NCBI GenBank assembly: GCA_029717555.1
Contig: JAMDHS010000032.1
Coordinates: 1-64,000, forward strand
Source: Peribolospora baueri
Lineage: Eukaryota
Length of the DNA stretch: 64,000 nucleotides
Direction: 5' to 3'
In this document: positions 21,911 through 36,655 of the stretch, in pieces
Numbering within the stretch: position 1 is the first letter of the stretch
How the letters are laid out: each line of letters starts with the position of its first letter
Translations under genes and position numbers: made by a program
The notes under the pieces: generated by a model
Databases searched by the model: none
Told to the model about the DNA's origin: nothing
What the model saw: only the letters and a program-made list of their open reading frames with translations

Positions 21911-24900
21911 ATGGCGTCCGTCTTCTATCCAGACCGCTTCGCGCGGTTGGCAGCTTATCTCAACGACGTGCTCTCGCATCCGGAGCACTTCGACCCCGGC
22001 GACGTCGCCGTCACCATCGACCGACACCGCGCCGAGTTTCTTCAGCTCTACAAGCTCCCACCTCCAAACGCCGAAGAGCGAAATCAGATAGAAAAGGGTG
22101 AGACTGGCAACGGCGAATGACTCGTGCCCTCTTTCAATAATAGAGTACCAGCTCTGAGTTTTCCTGATTCCGGTTCTCTTCATTTCTGCTATTCCAGGCG
22201 AACTGAATATCGATGGCAACGTGCACAGGCTCAACAACGAGTCCATCCAATGCGCCCTTTTCCTCTCCCGGGAGCTGGGAATCTCTGAGAAGTATGCGGC
22301 GAGTCTGGTTAAGGGAAGCTTGCGGTCATGCTCGCGATACGGGAGGCCGGTGGGGGAGTCTGCGGTGATGGTCCTGCACGCGGAGAGGCTAGACATGCTC
22401 CTGTGCATGCGCCGGCTTCTTGAAGGCTGTCTGGACGAGGAGTTAGAAGGAAGCCCGCTGCAAATCAAGCTCAAGCAGGTGGCCATCGAGCTCGCCACGA
22501 CCAAGCAAGATATTGGCTCCGGAAAGGGGAAGGTGATGCTGGGCCAGAGGATACTCGTTGAGATCAACGAACTGCAGGACCAGATCAACAAGCTGCAATC
22601 CATCCTCCAAGCAGGCACACCATCGTCGTCGACTACGGGCCTCTTGGGCATGGGGTTCCAAGGCGTTGGCGGTGCATCGGCTGGGCAGACGCAGCAGCAT
22701 CTGAGTGACGACATAATCTTGGAGCGGATTCGTCTTTTCAAGCTCGAACGCAAAGCATTGGCACAGATTCTCTTCTACCTCGCCTACGCCCGAATCATTC
22801 CCAAGGAGGACCTTATCGGCATTACGCAGTGGCTTCAGGTCGTCCAACGTATTGACTCGGTAGTCGTGTACGTCTTCACGGCTCTCCTTGCCGCTCTATC
22901 CGCCAACCAACCCCCGTCGGCTGGTACGCCGATCGAGCCTTCCGCCCTTGACAGCCTCAACCAGGACGTCAACTTTATCACGTTCATGCAGAACGAAATC
23001 ATGAAGAAGAACTGGGCCAAGAAAGACCTGAAGGCAGGCGTTCTCCTACAATGGAGCTTATTCTTGGTCGACGCCTTTCTTCAGAGGCCATCGCTTCCTA
23101 CGGCGACAAGGATCGAAGAGGCAGATGTCGAGAACATGGTTCAACTCGCCATCGTGGGCGCTGACCCTCCAGCTGGCCGGAGCGTGTTTCACTTCCTCGC
23201 TTTCGACATTCTTGCGTTCAAAGCTCGACAATCGGACGACGAGATTGACCTCGAAGTGGCAGTCCTCGCGGAGATCGAGAAGCCGAGTCTGATGGAGGAT
23301 GACGTCGATGGGGGTTTCCATCACCTCATCGTTCAGCAAGTTGACATGCTGGTCACGACATTCATCTCCAAGGCGGGGTCCATGTTAAAGCGGGTCAGGG
23401 ACAGGGAAGAGGACCTGATGCTTGCTGCGTCGCGCCGCAGCCGACCACCGAGCCACCAAGTTCAACGTCACGACCTTGAGTCCCTCTTCACGCTGGTCGC
23501 CATCATTTACCGAAACCAGCCTGACGCCGGCCTCAAGTTCTGGGAGGACCGAGACGGTCGCTTGTTCAGCTTTCTCCGTTTCGCCGCTGAATGTCGCTCA
23601 CCGCACATGGTCCGTGCTGCCCTCGACATGCTCGGGTCGCTGGCTACCGGAACAAAGAGTGCACTTTGCGCTTACGAGTTCCTCAGCAGCTCGGGCGGGC
23701 AATACGGTGTCGCATCCTCTGGCACTGTTTGCTCGTGGAAGTCGCTGTTTGGCGCCCTCGACTTCTACGGCAAGAACATTCGACAGAAGATGCAAGAGGC
23801 CGGAGCAGAAATGCACCCTGCGGGCTTGGCCTTGCCTCCAGAGGAGGTCATGCTGCTCAAGTCCTTCCTCCGACTTATGCGCCTCGTCGTCTGGTATTCC
23901 CCCTTCGTTCGCAGTGCCCTCTACAACCAACACGATTACGAAGCCCTTCCTACGATCTTCAATCTTCTCACTTGCCCTAGTCCTCTCGACTTGAAGGCTG
24001 CTCTCTTCGATACCCTCGCTGCATTCGCGTCTCCGAAGGGTGTCACCGGCCCCGAGCTCGCGCGCCATCTTTGGCTGATGCTGGACGACTATCAAATCAT
24101 CGCTACTGCGCCTCGTGCTCAGGGGCCTCGCTCAGTTGCCGCCATGAGGGAAAGTGGCATCACCGTAGAGCTGGAAGAGGTCGAGACGCCGGCCGGAGTT
24201 TACCCATCGACTACAGCCTTCATCCGTTTCCTCGCTGCGCTCGTTCACGTCCCCACCAAACTTTCCGACGTTACGCATGGCGCGGCCGAAGGTGGTCAGA
24301 CTGTGCCTGAGTCCTTCAGGCTGAGCACGCGGGGCGTGGAGCCGTTCATCAACTTCGCCATCGACCGCGTATTCAGCACCCTCAGCCAACGGCCTTTCAA
24401 AACGCCGTCAGACGCGTTCAAGCTCCGCGAAGCTTGTCTACGATTCATGGAAAATTGCTTGGCGAGCTACGACCTGGGCATCCTTCTCACAGCCGATCTC
24501 ACACAAGGCGGTCGTGTCCCTTCGGCGGTTCTCACATCTCTCGTTCTCCATCCCGGATTCGCCATCCTTGGCAGAATCCTCGCCGGTCGCAAGGTTCTCG
24601 AAGAGCTGCTCTCCACTCTCGCAATCGGGTGCGACGCTGTCAACGAAGGTGTCGGTGGGCCTGAATCAACGACCTTCTTCTCTAAGAGCGTCCTCCGTGC
24701 TCTTCGTATTATCTATCGCGTGTTCGAGCTCCAGAAGCCTTTCCTCGAGGCTCTGCTGCCCAGTCTGACGGAGCAAGGGGTGCCTGCAGAGGTCGCCCGA
24801 TTCGTCAAGCCGACCAACCTTTCGCCGCTCGACCGACACCTCGTATTTGCCCATGAAAACGTCGTTCCAATCTTGCTCTACGTCAACTGCATCGTGGACG

Positions 24901-27900
24901 ACGAGATCGCTCTCTATGCTATACGCATCGCCAAACTCTTGTCGCAATCTTCTGAATTCGCCTCTGTCCATCGCTTTGGCGCGCTTGGCAACGTGAACCG
25001 TCTGCTCGGACTCATCGAGACGTCCGATGAGACCGAACGACTCGTCAGCGGTTACGTTCAGCGGCTCAACGCCGAGGCGTCCGACGACGAGGCCGCGCCA
25101 ACTATGGAGGACTCTCAGATCGCCCAAACCAGCCCTGAGGAACCGGGAGACAAGCATGACTTGACTGAACTCATCCGAATCACCATCCTCGACTTTCTTC
25201 TTCTCAACACTGCCCCTGATTCCTCAGCGCCAAACTTCGCTCACCTTCTCCTGGGCTTCGACTGGCGCAGCGAACCGGACCATGTGCTGCTGCAGGATCC
25301 TTCCAACCCCATGGCTCGGATCTCATGCTTGCATGTGATTCTGAATCTAGTGAAGCAAGGGCTCAAGGGAACGGAAAGCGAGGACGCTGCTGTCCTTCAC
25401 ATTACAGAGCGACGTCCGAAGCTGGCCGAAAGGTGCTACAACCTCCTCTACAACCTCTGCGTGCACAATTTCACAGCGTCAGCCACGGTTCTGTATCTGC
25501 GGACAAACGAAGACTTCTTCTACTGCCAGCTCAGAGGCTCGTCACTCGAATTTGCACCTTCGGCGGACGGCTCGCCTGGACAAGTCATCTTACCTAGTGG
25601 CGAGGTCATTCCAGCCGGTTGCGATACCGTTTCGTCAATCGTTCGCGTGCGCGCCTGGATCCTCGACCTGGTCAGCCTGGAGCTACACATCAATCGCGAT
25701 TTCAGCCGTGCGGGTAAGATGATGGCCGTCCTCTACGGCGATGCCGGCATACAAGGGGCAGAGTTTGATTCGGCTGCCTTCAGCCTCGAGGGTGACGGCG
25801 CAGCACGAGTTGAGCGGGCGACCGTAAAGCTGCTCGGATTCCTCCAGTCCTTCGACTTTGACTGGGAGGACTCGCTCGAGGTTCCCGAGATAGAGCTCAG
25901 TCTGTTGTCTGACGTCGACTTCACGTCTTGTGTCCGTGTGGATGCGAACGGGTGCGAGGTCTACGACATTCCGTCGCTCTTGGTCACGATCTCGGTCGCT
26001 CGTCAGAGGCTTCAGCGGGAGGGAATCATTAGGGAAGCTGTGCACATGGACACCTTCAAGGATGAAGTGCGAGCCGTGCTCGAGCATTTTCTCTTGGAGA
26101 ACCATCAGCGGATCATCGCCTGTGCCAAGCAACGTGGCATCCAGGCCTGGCGACGGGTGCTGGACGTCTCGCTCTCGAAGTGGTCCCACCTGCTTCGACC
26201 CGACCTTCGTGAGAACGTCTTGTTCGACATCCTTCAAGCCCTGTTAGTCCGTCTCGCAGCAACAGAGGTCACGCCGGGTCAGGTGGAGGTCCTCACCGGG
26301 GCTGTGCTCACCATAGTGACAAGACTGCGGTACGGCCGTTTGGGTCGTGGCAAGAGGGAGAGCGCGATAGATGACGAGTACAGCGAAGTTTTGCCCGTTG
26401 ACAGACTCGTCGGCGTGCTCCGTGCTGTGCTTGACACCATATTGAAGCCCGGCATGACGGCACTGGCCCATGGCAACCTCTATGCCGTCCTCGTGAACTA
26501 CATCCAGATCGTCAACGCCTCCCGTAGCGCTATCACTTTGCCTAACTTGTCGGACAGCATGTCCGTCGTCTCCTCAGAGATGATGGAACCGACGTCGGTG
26601 GACGGCTCTCTTGTTGATGGAGCTGTCGCTGGTCGAGCGGCCTTTTCCTCCCTTGAGAAAGCCACATTCCGCGTTCTCAACACCCTTTTGGAACGAGTTC
26701 TTCTCGTCATGTGCCGTGACGCCTTGGACGGCTCGGACGTGTGGAAGACGGTGGCATTGACGACGCTCGATGCTATAGTTGCACTGTGCTCTCAGCAAAA
26801 GAGCAACAAGGCTCTTGGGCTTTTGAACCGACATGGATTCTTGAGGAGCTTTGTCGAGAGCCTCAAAGATGAGGACATCGAGCTTCAAGAGCTCGTCAAG
26901 CCGGAGCCTGGTGAGCATCACTACGTCAGATCGGGCATCTTCAGACTCCTTGGCTAACTGTTTCCCTTCATCGCTACCCCTTGTCGCTTCAGCGGTGTCA
27001 GTCGCCGGTCTCTACGTCTACGAAGCCAGACTCGCTCTGCTCATCCGCATCGCACAGAGTAGAGAAGGCGCCGAGTGTCTCATGGACGCAAGGCTGTTTG
27101 ACGTCTTGGCGTCTGTCGACTTCATCGCCTGTCGACCCGCGATCGATTCGGCCGTAGTTAGTGAGTCTCCGCCGCTTAAATGTGTCAGCGTGTGTGTATA
27201 TGGTGAAATTGCTTGCGAGTTGCATGCTACTGACACGTGGAGACCTTTTATGGTGCCGCCTCACAGACTACGACTCATTCCTCCCCGCCGCCATCGAACG
27301 GTATCACCAACTGGTGTTGCCGGTGTTGCAACTCTCGGTTGCCGTCCTCTCCAGTTTCGGCACTTCGTCTTCTGCGGCAGCTCGTCAGGCTTGGACGTTC
27401 ACGTTGACGCACGGGGGCACGCTACTGAACTTGGTCAGGCAGCCGACGATCAAGGCCACGTTGACGGCAATGGAGGAGGCGAGGACGGTGGTAACGATGT
27501 TGTACTTTGTCTGGCCACTGATTTGGCAGAACGAGGTGGTGAGGCTCTTCTTTCGTGCCTTTTTTTTTTGCTCATGGTGGATACGCTTTTGAGATGAGAC
27601 TGATTGGATCCACCTTTTGCCTACCACAGTCGGCTGAGCCTACGCTGGGCTCGTTGCACTCAGGAGTCCTGTCTCTTTGTGCGGTCTTCTTCTCCCGCGA
27701 GATGTGGACGACTCGGGTGCAGATAATGGACGAAGGCGATGAAGGAGACGCGATGCGCGACGAGCGCGAGGGGCCCGCGGTGGATGCGAATGCAGAAGCG
27801 GCGGTACAACGGCTGAACAAGTCGCTGGTCGCCTATCTCCGGATGGCGACGGAGGCCATGTCGTCGAACAAGTTCCACCCCGTCTTTACGCCGTCCATGA

Positions 27901-28842
27901 ATGTCGCTCGCGAAGGGAACGTGCCGGACCTGGCTTCATGTGGGTGTTGCGATCGCGGATCTCGTTACATCTGTTCGGACGCGTTTGTCGGCATTCAATT
28001 GAATGACCCTGTCTTGCTCCCCTTTTACGCTGAACAGCAACCGCTCCGACCATGGGCGCGGCGGTCGCGCTGGTGGCGGAGCAGACGAGAGAGCTGCGCG
28101 CCTCTTTAGCCGATCTCGAGGCTGCGACGTACAAATTGGCCAAGTTCGACGGTCTTGCGCCGTACGAATACGACGAGCTGGTCGACGCGGCGGGCGACGG
28201 TGCGCGAGTCACAGGAGGAGCGCGGAGGAAACAAGTCGCTTACGAGGTGCTCAACAGGCAGAAGGCGGAGCTGACCGACGTCGTCGGGAGCAAGTTCTGT
28301 GAGTGGGCCGTCGCGAGTCGGGTTCGGTCTTAGAGCGGGCGACTTGGCTGACGGTGCGGATATGTGGGTCGCAGATGTGGTGGAGAACATGCTTCTGCTC
28401 CTCTGGCGACACATCGAGGTCTACCTATCGGTGACAGACGGAAGGCTGGAAGACGAGCCGGTGCGCGTCGTGACGCCTCGGACGCTGGACTTTGCCGGGG
28501 GCGCGAGCCTGCGCGCGAGCGTGCCGCCCGCGGCGACGCCGTCGGTCGACCGACGGTCGCTCCGCACTGAGCTGGCCAAGCAGCTCAAGCCAGTGCTCGG
28601 ATCGCTGGCCGAGTTGACAACTGTGAGTGAGCCGAGCCGTTGGAGCGTATCGAAGGTTCGGGGAGCGCTCACCTCTGTGTCTATCCCCGCCCCGTCGTCT
28701 CTCCCTCGTCCTCTTTTGCACGGCCGCGTCGCGCCGGGCGCAGACGTCGGAGATTGTCCGACAGAGTCGGTCGCGACAAGCGTTCTTGGAGATGGTCATC
28801 CGGAGGATCGAGAGCAAGGTGCCGACGGCGAGCGGGGTATGA
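21911..28842 (+). CDS. NUP192: Nucleoporin Nup192/Nup205, multi-exon
   Basis: Very large helical protein with KLPPPNAEERNQIEKG, ELEEVETPAGVYPSTTAF, PLDLKAALFDTLAAF, APNFAHLLLGF, LRTNEDFF, YEARLALLIRIAQSREGA and ENMLLLLWRH. Confidence 0.9.
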
Positions 28843-29848
28843 TGCCCGTTCGCCGGTCCGTCGCCGATCCGGTCACGGATCGACGGACGGGGAGGAAGGG
28901 GATCATTGGAAGGGCGGGCGTCGATCGGTCGTTCTTTTTTCCTTGTATTTCTATCCAAATGCTTCGGAGGCCGCGGATGGACGGTGCCAAACGTTGGTCA
29001 CATGTGACGAGGAGCGCTCCTTCGATCGCCTGCCTGCCTTCCCTTCGTCCGCTGTCTGCCGTCTGTCTGTCTGCGTCTTCCGCCCTGCAATAAATACCAC
29101 ACGATCTCATTGGGACTGGGCGGCGGTGGTGTCTATGTACCCTTGCGTGCGGTCGTATCTGTGAGTATGGACTCGAGTGTGCTTGTTGTCGGCGCAGTCA
29201 GCAATGACGTCGCTCGGACGTCGCTCGGACGTCACCGGCCCGGCGGTGTGTGAACGGATGGGAGCAGAGCGACGGAAGAGAATCCGCACCTTTCCTGCCT
29301 CTTCTTCCTCCGACGGGCTGGAAACGGTGGTGCCGCCCCCAGGCAAGAAAGACAGCCGACGGATGGATTGCCGGCGACGATGACAGCGACGACCGCCGGC
29401 GACGTCCACCACTTCGTACTTAACTTCGCACACGACTACCTCGCTCGCCCTTGTCATCCCACTTCTACCTACCTCCACCTCGACCTCCCTATCTTCACCC
29501 ACCCCTCCATGTCATGACGATCACCTCTCCGCCTCGCCCGGTCCCTGTCCAACGTCACCTCGGCTGCTAGCCTCGATCACCGACACTTGACAAACCCATC
29601 CTTCCCAATCGACCGCCTCGCCTCGCCTCGCCTCGTGCAACAACGTCGTCGATAAGGTGCGGCCCGCCGAGCCAAGACGACGCACGCCGGCCCACCTCTT
29701 CCCTGGCCGTCTCCCACTCGCTCGCTTCCCCTTCCTCTTCTTCTTTTCCACCTTACGCCGCCTTCCCAACCCACAACCCACCACTTCGCCCTCGGCGACC
29801 ACTCGCACTTCTGCCACACACACCTTCCTTTGTCTCTCTCCGTTCACC

Positions 29849-32639
29849 ATGGCCAACGCCCAACCCCCGAAGGACGCCCTCCCTCGCACCACGCATTCAG
29901 CCAACCCGAACGATACAGCCTCCTCCGAAGCCGACCCCTCCGCCCCTCAGCCCGCCAAGGGCCGCGTTCACTGGGACGGCTCCACCGCGGCCGGGCCACG
30001 ATCCGACAAGCGCCTCCAGCCGCTTTCGTCGTCTACGACCAGCTCGCGGCCGAACTCGAGCCAAGGAGGGCGGACGCCGGACGGTCGTCTTTCCGACCCC
30101 AGCCGGTCGAGCGACCGTCGCGTCGGCGATGCTGGCCCCGGCGCCGATCGGGACCAGGCGACCGGGGACGCCGGCTCGACCAGCTTTTCCACCCACCTCG
30201 CTCCCCCACACCAACCGGATCGCTTTTCCAGCGATTCGACCATCACCAGGACTTCGAGGGCCCTCGACGAGCTGGGCCAGGACGAGGCGGCGTTCGCCGA
30301 GCTCTCTCGCGAGCTCACGAAGCAACAGAGTCTCAGGCACCCCCTCGATGAACAGCCTCGCGAGCGCGCCGGCGAGCCATCGGCCGCGGCATCGACCGAT
30401 GATTCCCCCGCCGCCAACCCGAGCGGCGTCTCCACCCCAGGCGAGTGGGCCACAGACGACGAGTATGACCCGCTCGCCCACCCGGACCTGGCTCACGTTG
30501 ACATTCTCCCCGGCGAGACCGACGGCGTGCCCCTGCCTCTGAAGAAGAGCGAGCGCGCCCGCAGAGAGGCCGAGGCGGAGGAGAACAGACGAGCTTGGAG
30601 GCCCATATCTTCTTTCTTTGGCCGGAACAAGAAGAGGGCCAACGAGGAGCGCGATCCCGAAAAGGCCGCCGCGGACGCCCCCGGCGACGCCAACGACGAT
30701 GGCGGGCCCACGAACACAAAGTCCGTCCCCGTCCACAGGGCGGCCAGTGGACCCAAACATCGTCCCAGCAAGCACGAGCGCCAGGCCGCCCGGCTGGTCC
30801 GAGCTGTCGTTCAGCGAGGCAAGAGGCCCGTCGCGCCACCTGATCTGTCTTCCGTCGCCGGCATGGGACTGAGGCGCGGCCCGGCCGCCAAAGCCGCTGG
30901 CGCTGAGGACCGCTCCGGCGCGACGACGCCCGATCCCATCGACACCGCCGCCTCGCTCGATCCTCGTCCCGCCGCCGTGGGAGGCGTGCTCGGCAACCTG
31001 CTCCGGCTCTACGAGAACCAAGCAGCAGCGGAGAGCGGAGGCACGCTCGCCGACAGCGAGGTGGGAGAGGCCTCCTCCCTTCCCAGCACACCCGGCACCG
31101 GTGGCTTGGCCTCCTTGGCGGCGCAGCAGGCGGCCAAGAAGGTGGGCGACGACAAGAGGGTCGGACATGGTCCCGGCAGGCTCAAGGGCGGTCGGAGCAA
31201 GTCCGAGGGCATTCCGACTGCGCTGTCGTCTTCCTCCTCGAGGGCCAAAGGTTCCGGTGACGGCTTTAAACTCCAGCCACCTCCCCCGCCCCGTTCGAAG
31301 AGCTTCGGCACCCAACCCTCGCACACCGCCACTGACGCCGATACCGGCTCGGGCCGTCAGGGCTCAACGCCACCGAGTTCGGGTGATAAGACCACCTCCC
31401 GCCGGTCCGGCTCGCCCTACCTCTTCGACCAGTTCGAGGCGCGTCTGTCGAAGCTTGGAGGCGAGGCGGGGGCACACCTGCATCACATCAAAAAGACCGC
31501 CCACCGCGGCCTCGTCGTCCTCGGCGAAGATGTCGGCATCGAGCTCAGCGATCGTCCAAAGGCCGCAAGGAACGCGGGAGGCGTGTTCGGCGCGCTCATC
31601 GGCACGACAGGAAACCTCGCCGCCGGCGTCGCCCCTTCTGCCGTAAGTTTTGCTTCGTCCGCATCCACCGCGCATTCACCCGCGCGTTTACCTCCGCATA
31701 TAGATGTCCTCAGATGGCTTACTTCCACTTCCGGGTTTACCGTCACCTCCCTCCCTCCCTCCCGTTCCCACAGGCCACAATCGGCCCGGCGCCTCAGCGG
31801 CCTGGTTACAAGCTCGACCGGTACAGCTTGCCGCACCTAAGCGATAAGCACATGGCCCGTCAGATAGCCTTGGCTCGCAACTCGATCGCCTCAAGCAGCG
31901 CCGTAGGCTTGTCCTCGCCCGCCCACACGGCTCCTAGCACCCCTCAGAGCGCTATCGTGACGGGGACGAGCGATGTGGAGACGAAGGCGGATCTAGTGGA
32001 GGGGCGCCGTCAGTCGGTCTCTTTCGACGCCAAAGCCGGCACGCCTCTCATAGGAGACGGAGAGCCGACGGCGAGCGGAGCGAGCACGCCCAGGCGGCCT
32101 TGGTACGTGGGACACGGCAAACGGGCCACGGCCTCCTCCATCGACGCGTCAGGCATCGTCGGTGCCGCCGAGCACCCTCACCGCTCCCACGGCTTTGGCC
32201 ACGCGGCGAGCCAGAGCATTAGCAACTTTGCCCGGCATCCTTTTAGCGGCTGGTCCGGTGGTGGTGGATCGGGCTACCAGAGCGTGAACACGACGCCGGG
32301 GGAGGAGAAGAGCGGAGGGTGGGCCGACTACTTCCACACGACCACCACCGAGTCTGGAGGTGGCGGCGCCACTGCCATCCGAAAGGGAACGACCTCGACG
32401 ACGACGGAGGAGGAGAGGCGCAAAGCGGATAAGAAGGAGTGGCAGGCGCAGCTTCGTAAAAGACACAAAGCGAAGAGAAAGAGGGAGGAGATTTTTGTCA
32501 GTCTACCTTTGTTATTTCTTTGTTATTTCTTTTTTTTCTTCTTCTTCTTCTGCCCCCGCGTAGACGTCTACCGCTCGAGGGACCTGGCGTTATCCTGGCC
32601 GGATCGTGAACGTTGACCAGGACCTGCCCCGCGTCGACG

Positions 32640-32721
<82 letters not shown>

Positions 32722-34794
32722 AGATTACGATGCACGTCGCAGCTATTCTCCAACGCCAGGATTTCATCCTGACCCTTGCTCGCTCCCTGTGAGTACCAGT
32801 TTGTCCGTCTTGTCCGACCACCCATCGTCGTCGCCCTCATTGTCCTTCCTCTCCGATCTTTCTCAGCATGATGTTCGGCGCTCCCTCGCACCGTATCGAG
32901 ACGCAGATTCAGCAGACGGCACGCGTGCTCGACATCAACTGCCGCGTCATCTATCTCCCCAACGTACTCATGCTCTCCTTCGGCGACGAAACGACTCACA
33001 CGTCCGAGACAAAGTTTATCAAGCAGGCCGCCGGGCTCGACCTGACCAAGCTGACGGACATGCACTCCATCTACTGGGACGTCATTCACGACAAGATTGG
33101 CGCCGCGGAGGCGACGCAGAAGTTGCTCGACCTGATGAGGAAGAAGCCTTTGTATCCTGTGAGTTTTCCGCCGTCGTTGTCGTTGTCTTTGTCGTCGTCG
33201 TCGTCGTCAGGAAGACCTCAGAAGCTGACCGCGGTCCTTACGGTCGATGGCCATAAACCCAGCGCTGGCTCTCCATCATCATCGGCGGTCTCTGCTCGGC
33301 GTCCATCTGTGTTGGCCCTCATGGTTTCAACGGCAGCTTCATCGACGCCCTTGTCTCCTTCCCTCTCGGATGCTTCCTCGTCTACTGCCAGACCATTATC
33401 ACCACTGAGCTCTACTCGAATGTGTTCGAGATCGGTGAGCGCTCCTGTCGTCCGCACCTCTCGGCATCTCGGCATCTTGTCGTCTGACTCGCGCTTCGTT
33501 TTGTCTTTCGTGTCGCCCCAGTCTTCGCCGCCATCATCTCCTTCGTCGCCGCCGGTCTCGCGTCGACGCATTACTTTTGCTTTTCAGCCATCGCCTCGGC
33601 GTCCATCGTGTTGATTCTACCTGGTTTCGTGAGCACTCTCTCTCTCTCTCACACTCTCTCCATACACCTATATATTACAATGCTTCAGAGCGTTTCGCGC
33701 AGATGGGAGACAACTCATCTTTATTTTGTGGCCTCGTCGCACGCAGATCATCTTGACCGGGGCGATGGAGCTGCAGGCCAAGAATCTGATTGCAGGTTCA
33801 GTGCGCATGGTGTTTGCGATCATCTACTCCCTCTTCCTTGGCTTTGGACTTACCATTGGGTCGCAGATTTGGACACTCTTCACCGGCAACGACGACGCGC
33901 TTCGCAACGGCGGCGCGATCAGCTGTAGCACCGTGCACTCAGACAAGCCCTGGTACCAGAGCAACGTCTCCCTCCGCTGGGCGCTTTTGACCGTGCCCTT
34001 GTTTTTGTTTTGTCTCTCGTTGCGCCACCAGGCCAAGATCAATCGCAAGGAATTCGTGAGTTCGGCGGGGCGGGACGTGCATGCCTGGGTCAGGAAGGAA
34101 GGAAGCGAGTCTGACCGACCTCGTCATCTCGTCCGCGCGGCCCCTTTTTTGTTTTCCTTCTGGAAGCCTATGATGATCGTCATCGCCTGCGCCGGCTGGG
34201 CGGCGAACTACTTCTCGACGAGCAGGCAGCAGCTGAGCCGTCGGCCGGACGTCACCTCTGCCCTCGGTGCCTTCGTCGTCGGCTTCGCTTCCAACGTGTA
34301 CGGCAGGCTGTTCAGCGGCAGGTCCTACGTCGTCGCCGTCACCGGCGTTCTTTTCCAGCTTCCCGTGAGTCCTGAGTAGCGTCGATGGCGTTCGAGCTGA
34401 GTGTTTGAGCAGCTGATGGGAACGTTTTCGTCCGCCCGTCTTTCTCTCCCGTCCCCTCGCTTTATCTTCCTTTGTTCAGTCCGCCCTGTCGAACGGCGGA
34501 CTGCTCAATTTTGCCACTACCAACGGAAGCTCGAACGATTCGTTCAACGCTGGCTTCTCTGTCGCTGAGCAGCTGGTAGAGATCGCGCTCGGCTTGACCT
34601 TCGGTCTCTTCGCTTCCACCGTCCTAGGTGAGTCGGCGCCCGTCACCCCTGAGTCTGGCCTGCCACGGCTTTGCTTCTTTCGTTTTGCTCGCTTGTTCAC
34701 GCGCTCACCTCGTCGACCGACGGTCGCTTCTCCCATCGCAGTGTATTCGGTCGGCGGTGGCCGTTCCCGCGGAGGCGGTCTCTTCTCCTTCTAG
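29849..34794 (+). CDS. PRM10: Pheromone-regulated membrane protein Prm10-like (ThrE/DUF1212 family) with a long disordered N-terminus, multi-exon
   Basis: ITMHVAAILQRQDFILTLARSL|MMFGAPSHRIE, LILPG, ELQAKNLIAGSVRMVFAIIYSLFLGFG, SALGAFVVG, multiple TM exons, ends GGGLFSF*. Confidence 0.88.
32641..32719. repeat. 79-nt poly-T run at the 3' end of a PRM10 intron
   Basis: Read directly; followed by gcag| and the exon ITMHV. Confidence 0.9.
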
Positions 34795-35445
34795 CTTCGT
34801 TTTGATTCTTCCCGCATCGTTTGCGTTCCCGCCCGTGACACCTCCTCCTCAGCATTACCCCTTAGACCAGCATTGTTCTCTCCGTCCACATTCGGAGAAC
34901 GCGTTCGCCTTTCCGTCCATGACTCTTCCTCAGCATTGTCTCTTAGACTAAAAATCGTTCTTCATCCACCCTTTCCGCACCGCATCTTTCCACCTCGATT
35001 TTCCAACCTGCGTTTTTTGTTCTGGAGCAGGCTGTCCGGCTGTCTTTCTTCTCCTTTAGGCTGTATTCGTTTTTTTCCTCTCACGTATGGAGGTTGGCGG
35101 ATGGCATTCGATCATCTCCTTGAGTAGGTCATGTACGTCGAACGACTTGCGAATAGAAGTTCTGGACTTTCGCGAAGACAGCGACGACGCTCGGGCCTCG
35201 TGAAGGACACCATTTCGACACTTGAAACTCACTTTAAATGGATGCATGCCATTTTCTAATTGTTATTCCCACGACCCGCAGTCGTCTCAGCACTTTGGAA
35301 TGTCCACTGCCGAATCCGAACGACGTCCTTCGGTTCACGCCAATTCTCAACCTCCCTTCAAACATGCCGCCGCCTAGCGCATCCCTCGGCCGTCTCTGTG
35401 AGTCCCTGGGTGCAAAGTGGGATGGAAAAGAAAGAGGAGCTGTCA

Positions 35446-36444
35446 TGAGCGTAGCCAGTCTTGAACAGAGTCTGATCGCTCGTCTCTCTGCCTTTGCGTC
35501 TTACACAAACGCTTAGCGCGGGCACGGGGGACGGCGCCGACGTCGGCCCTCGTGCTGGCCTCGAGCTCCCTCCGAGCCCTCGAGAGCGGTCTGCAGCGCG
35601 TCTCTCTGTCCCCTCCCTCCCCATCCTTCGTCCCTTCCTCCGCTCGCTCCGTCTCTATTTTCACCCGCTTCCTCGAGTCCCGACGGGCAAAGGCGAATAA
35701 GCAGATGGAAGCACAGGTGGACTCGGCTGCGAAGAAGAAGGAGGAGGGCGATCGACCTGCCTCCGTTCCCGTGGGACAGAGTCCAGTGGCGGCGACGACG
35801 GAGGCGGAGGAGTCGCTCGGTGAGGAAGCACCTCGGAAGGTGTGGACAGAGGTGAGCAAACGCGCGGGCGAGCGAGTTGCAGTTCGAAAGAGTCGGGGAA
35901 GAAGGTCGATCGGGCGGTGCGAACACAAACGCAAACGCAAACGTCCCCTCCCCCCCTTTTCGTCCATCCCCTTCTTCCCTTCTTTTCCCTACAGCACAAA
36001 TACTCGACGGCCAACTTCAAGATCTCGCGACGAAAGCTGCAGCTGCTGGCCTCGCAGATCTCGGGCAAGCCGATCGACTCTTCGATCTTGCAAATGGTCT
36101 TTTCCCAGAAGCGCGCCTCGAACCGGATAAAGTCTACGCTGTGTCTCGCTCGTGATCACGCGGTAGCCAAGGGGTTGGATCGTGAGAAGCTGGTGGTGGA
36201 TCAGGCGTGGGTGACGAAGGGCAAGTACATGAAGAGGATGGACATCAAGGGCAGGGGAAGGGTGGGCATGCTGCATCACCCATACGCTCGGATGCACGTC
36301 CTCCTCAAGGAGACCAAGCCGCGGGATGTCCTGCGCGAGGAGAGAAAGCTGGAAAAGCGGAGGAGAGCCGTCCTCCGCAACGGTCCGGGCGTTTATCAGT
36401 TGGAGCGTAAGCTCATCAACCCCAAGCCGTACTTCACCATCTAG
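35446..36444 (+). CDS. MRPL22: Mitochondrial ribosomal protein uL22m
   Basis: HKYSTANFKISRRKLQLLASQISGKPIDSSILQMVFSQKRAS..LVVDQAWVTKG..RMDIKGRGRVG. Start and first intron uncertain. Confidence 0.88.
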
Positions 36445-36655
36445 TCTCTGTACTTTATATAGACAATGGAGCTCGGGATCGCCGGACGTTCAAGGCGATG
36501 GTGTCTAACTCCCGCGCTCGCATCACCTTGACTGAAGAGGCCCTGTCGGCTTTGAAATTAGGCTGAATCGTCCTTCCAGAAGATCTACATAGTACAAACG
36601 GGAAGCCTCTCCTCGACCCAATCGCTCGCTCATCCACAACAAGACGTTTTGTTTT

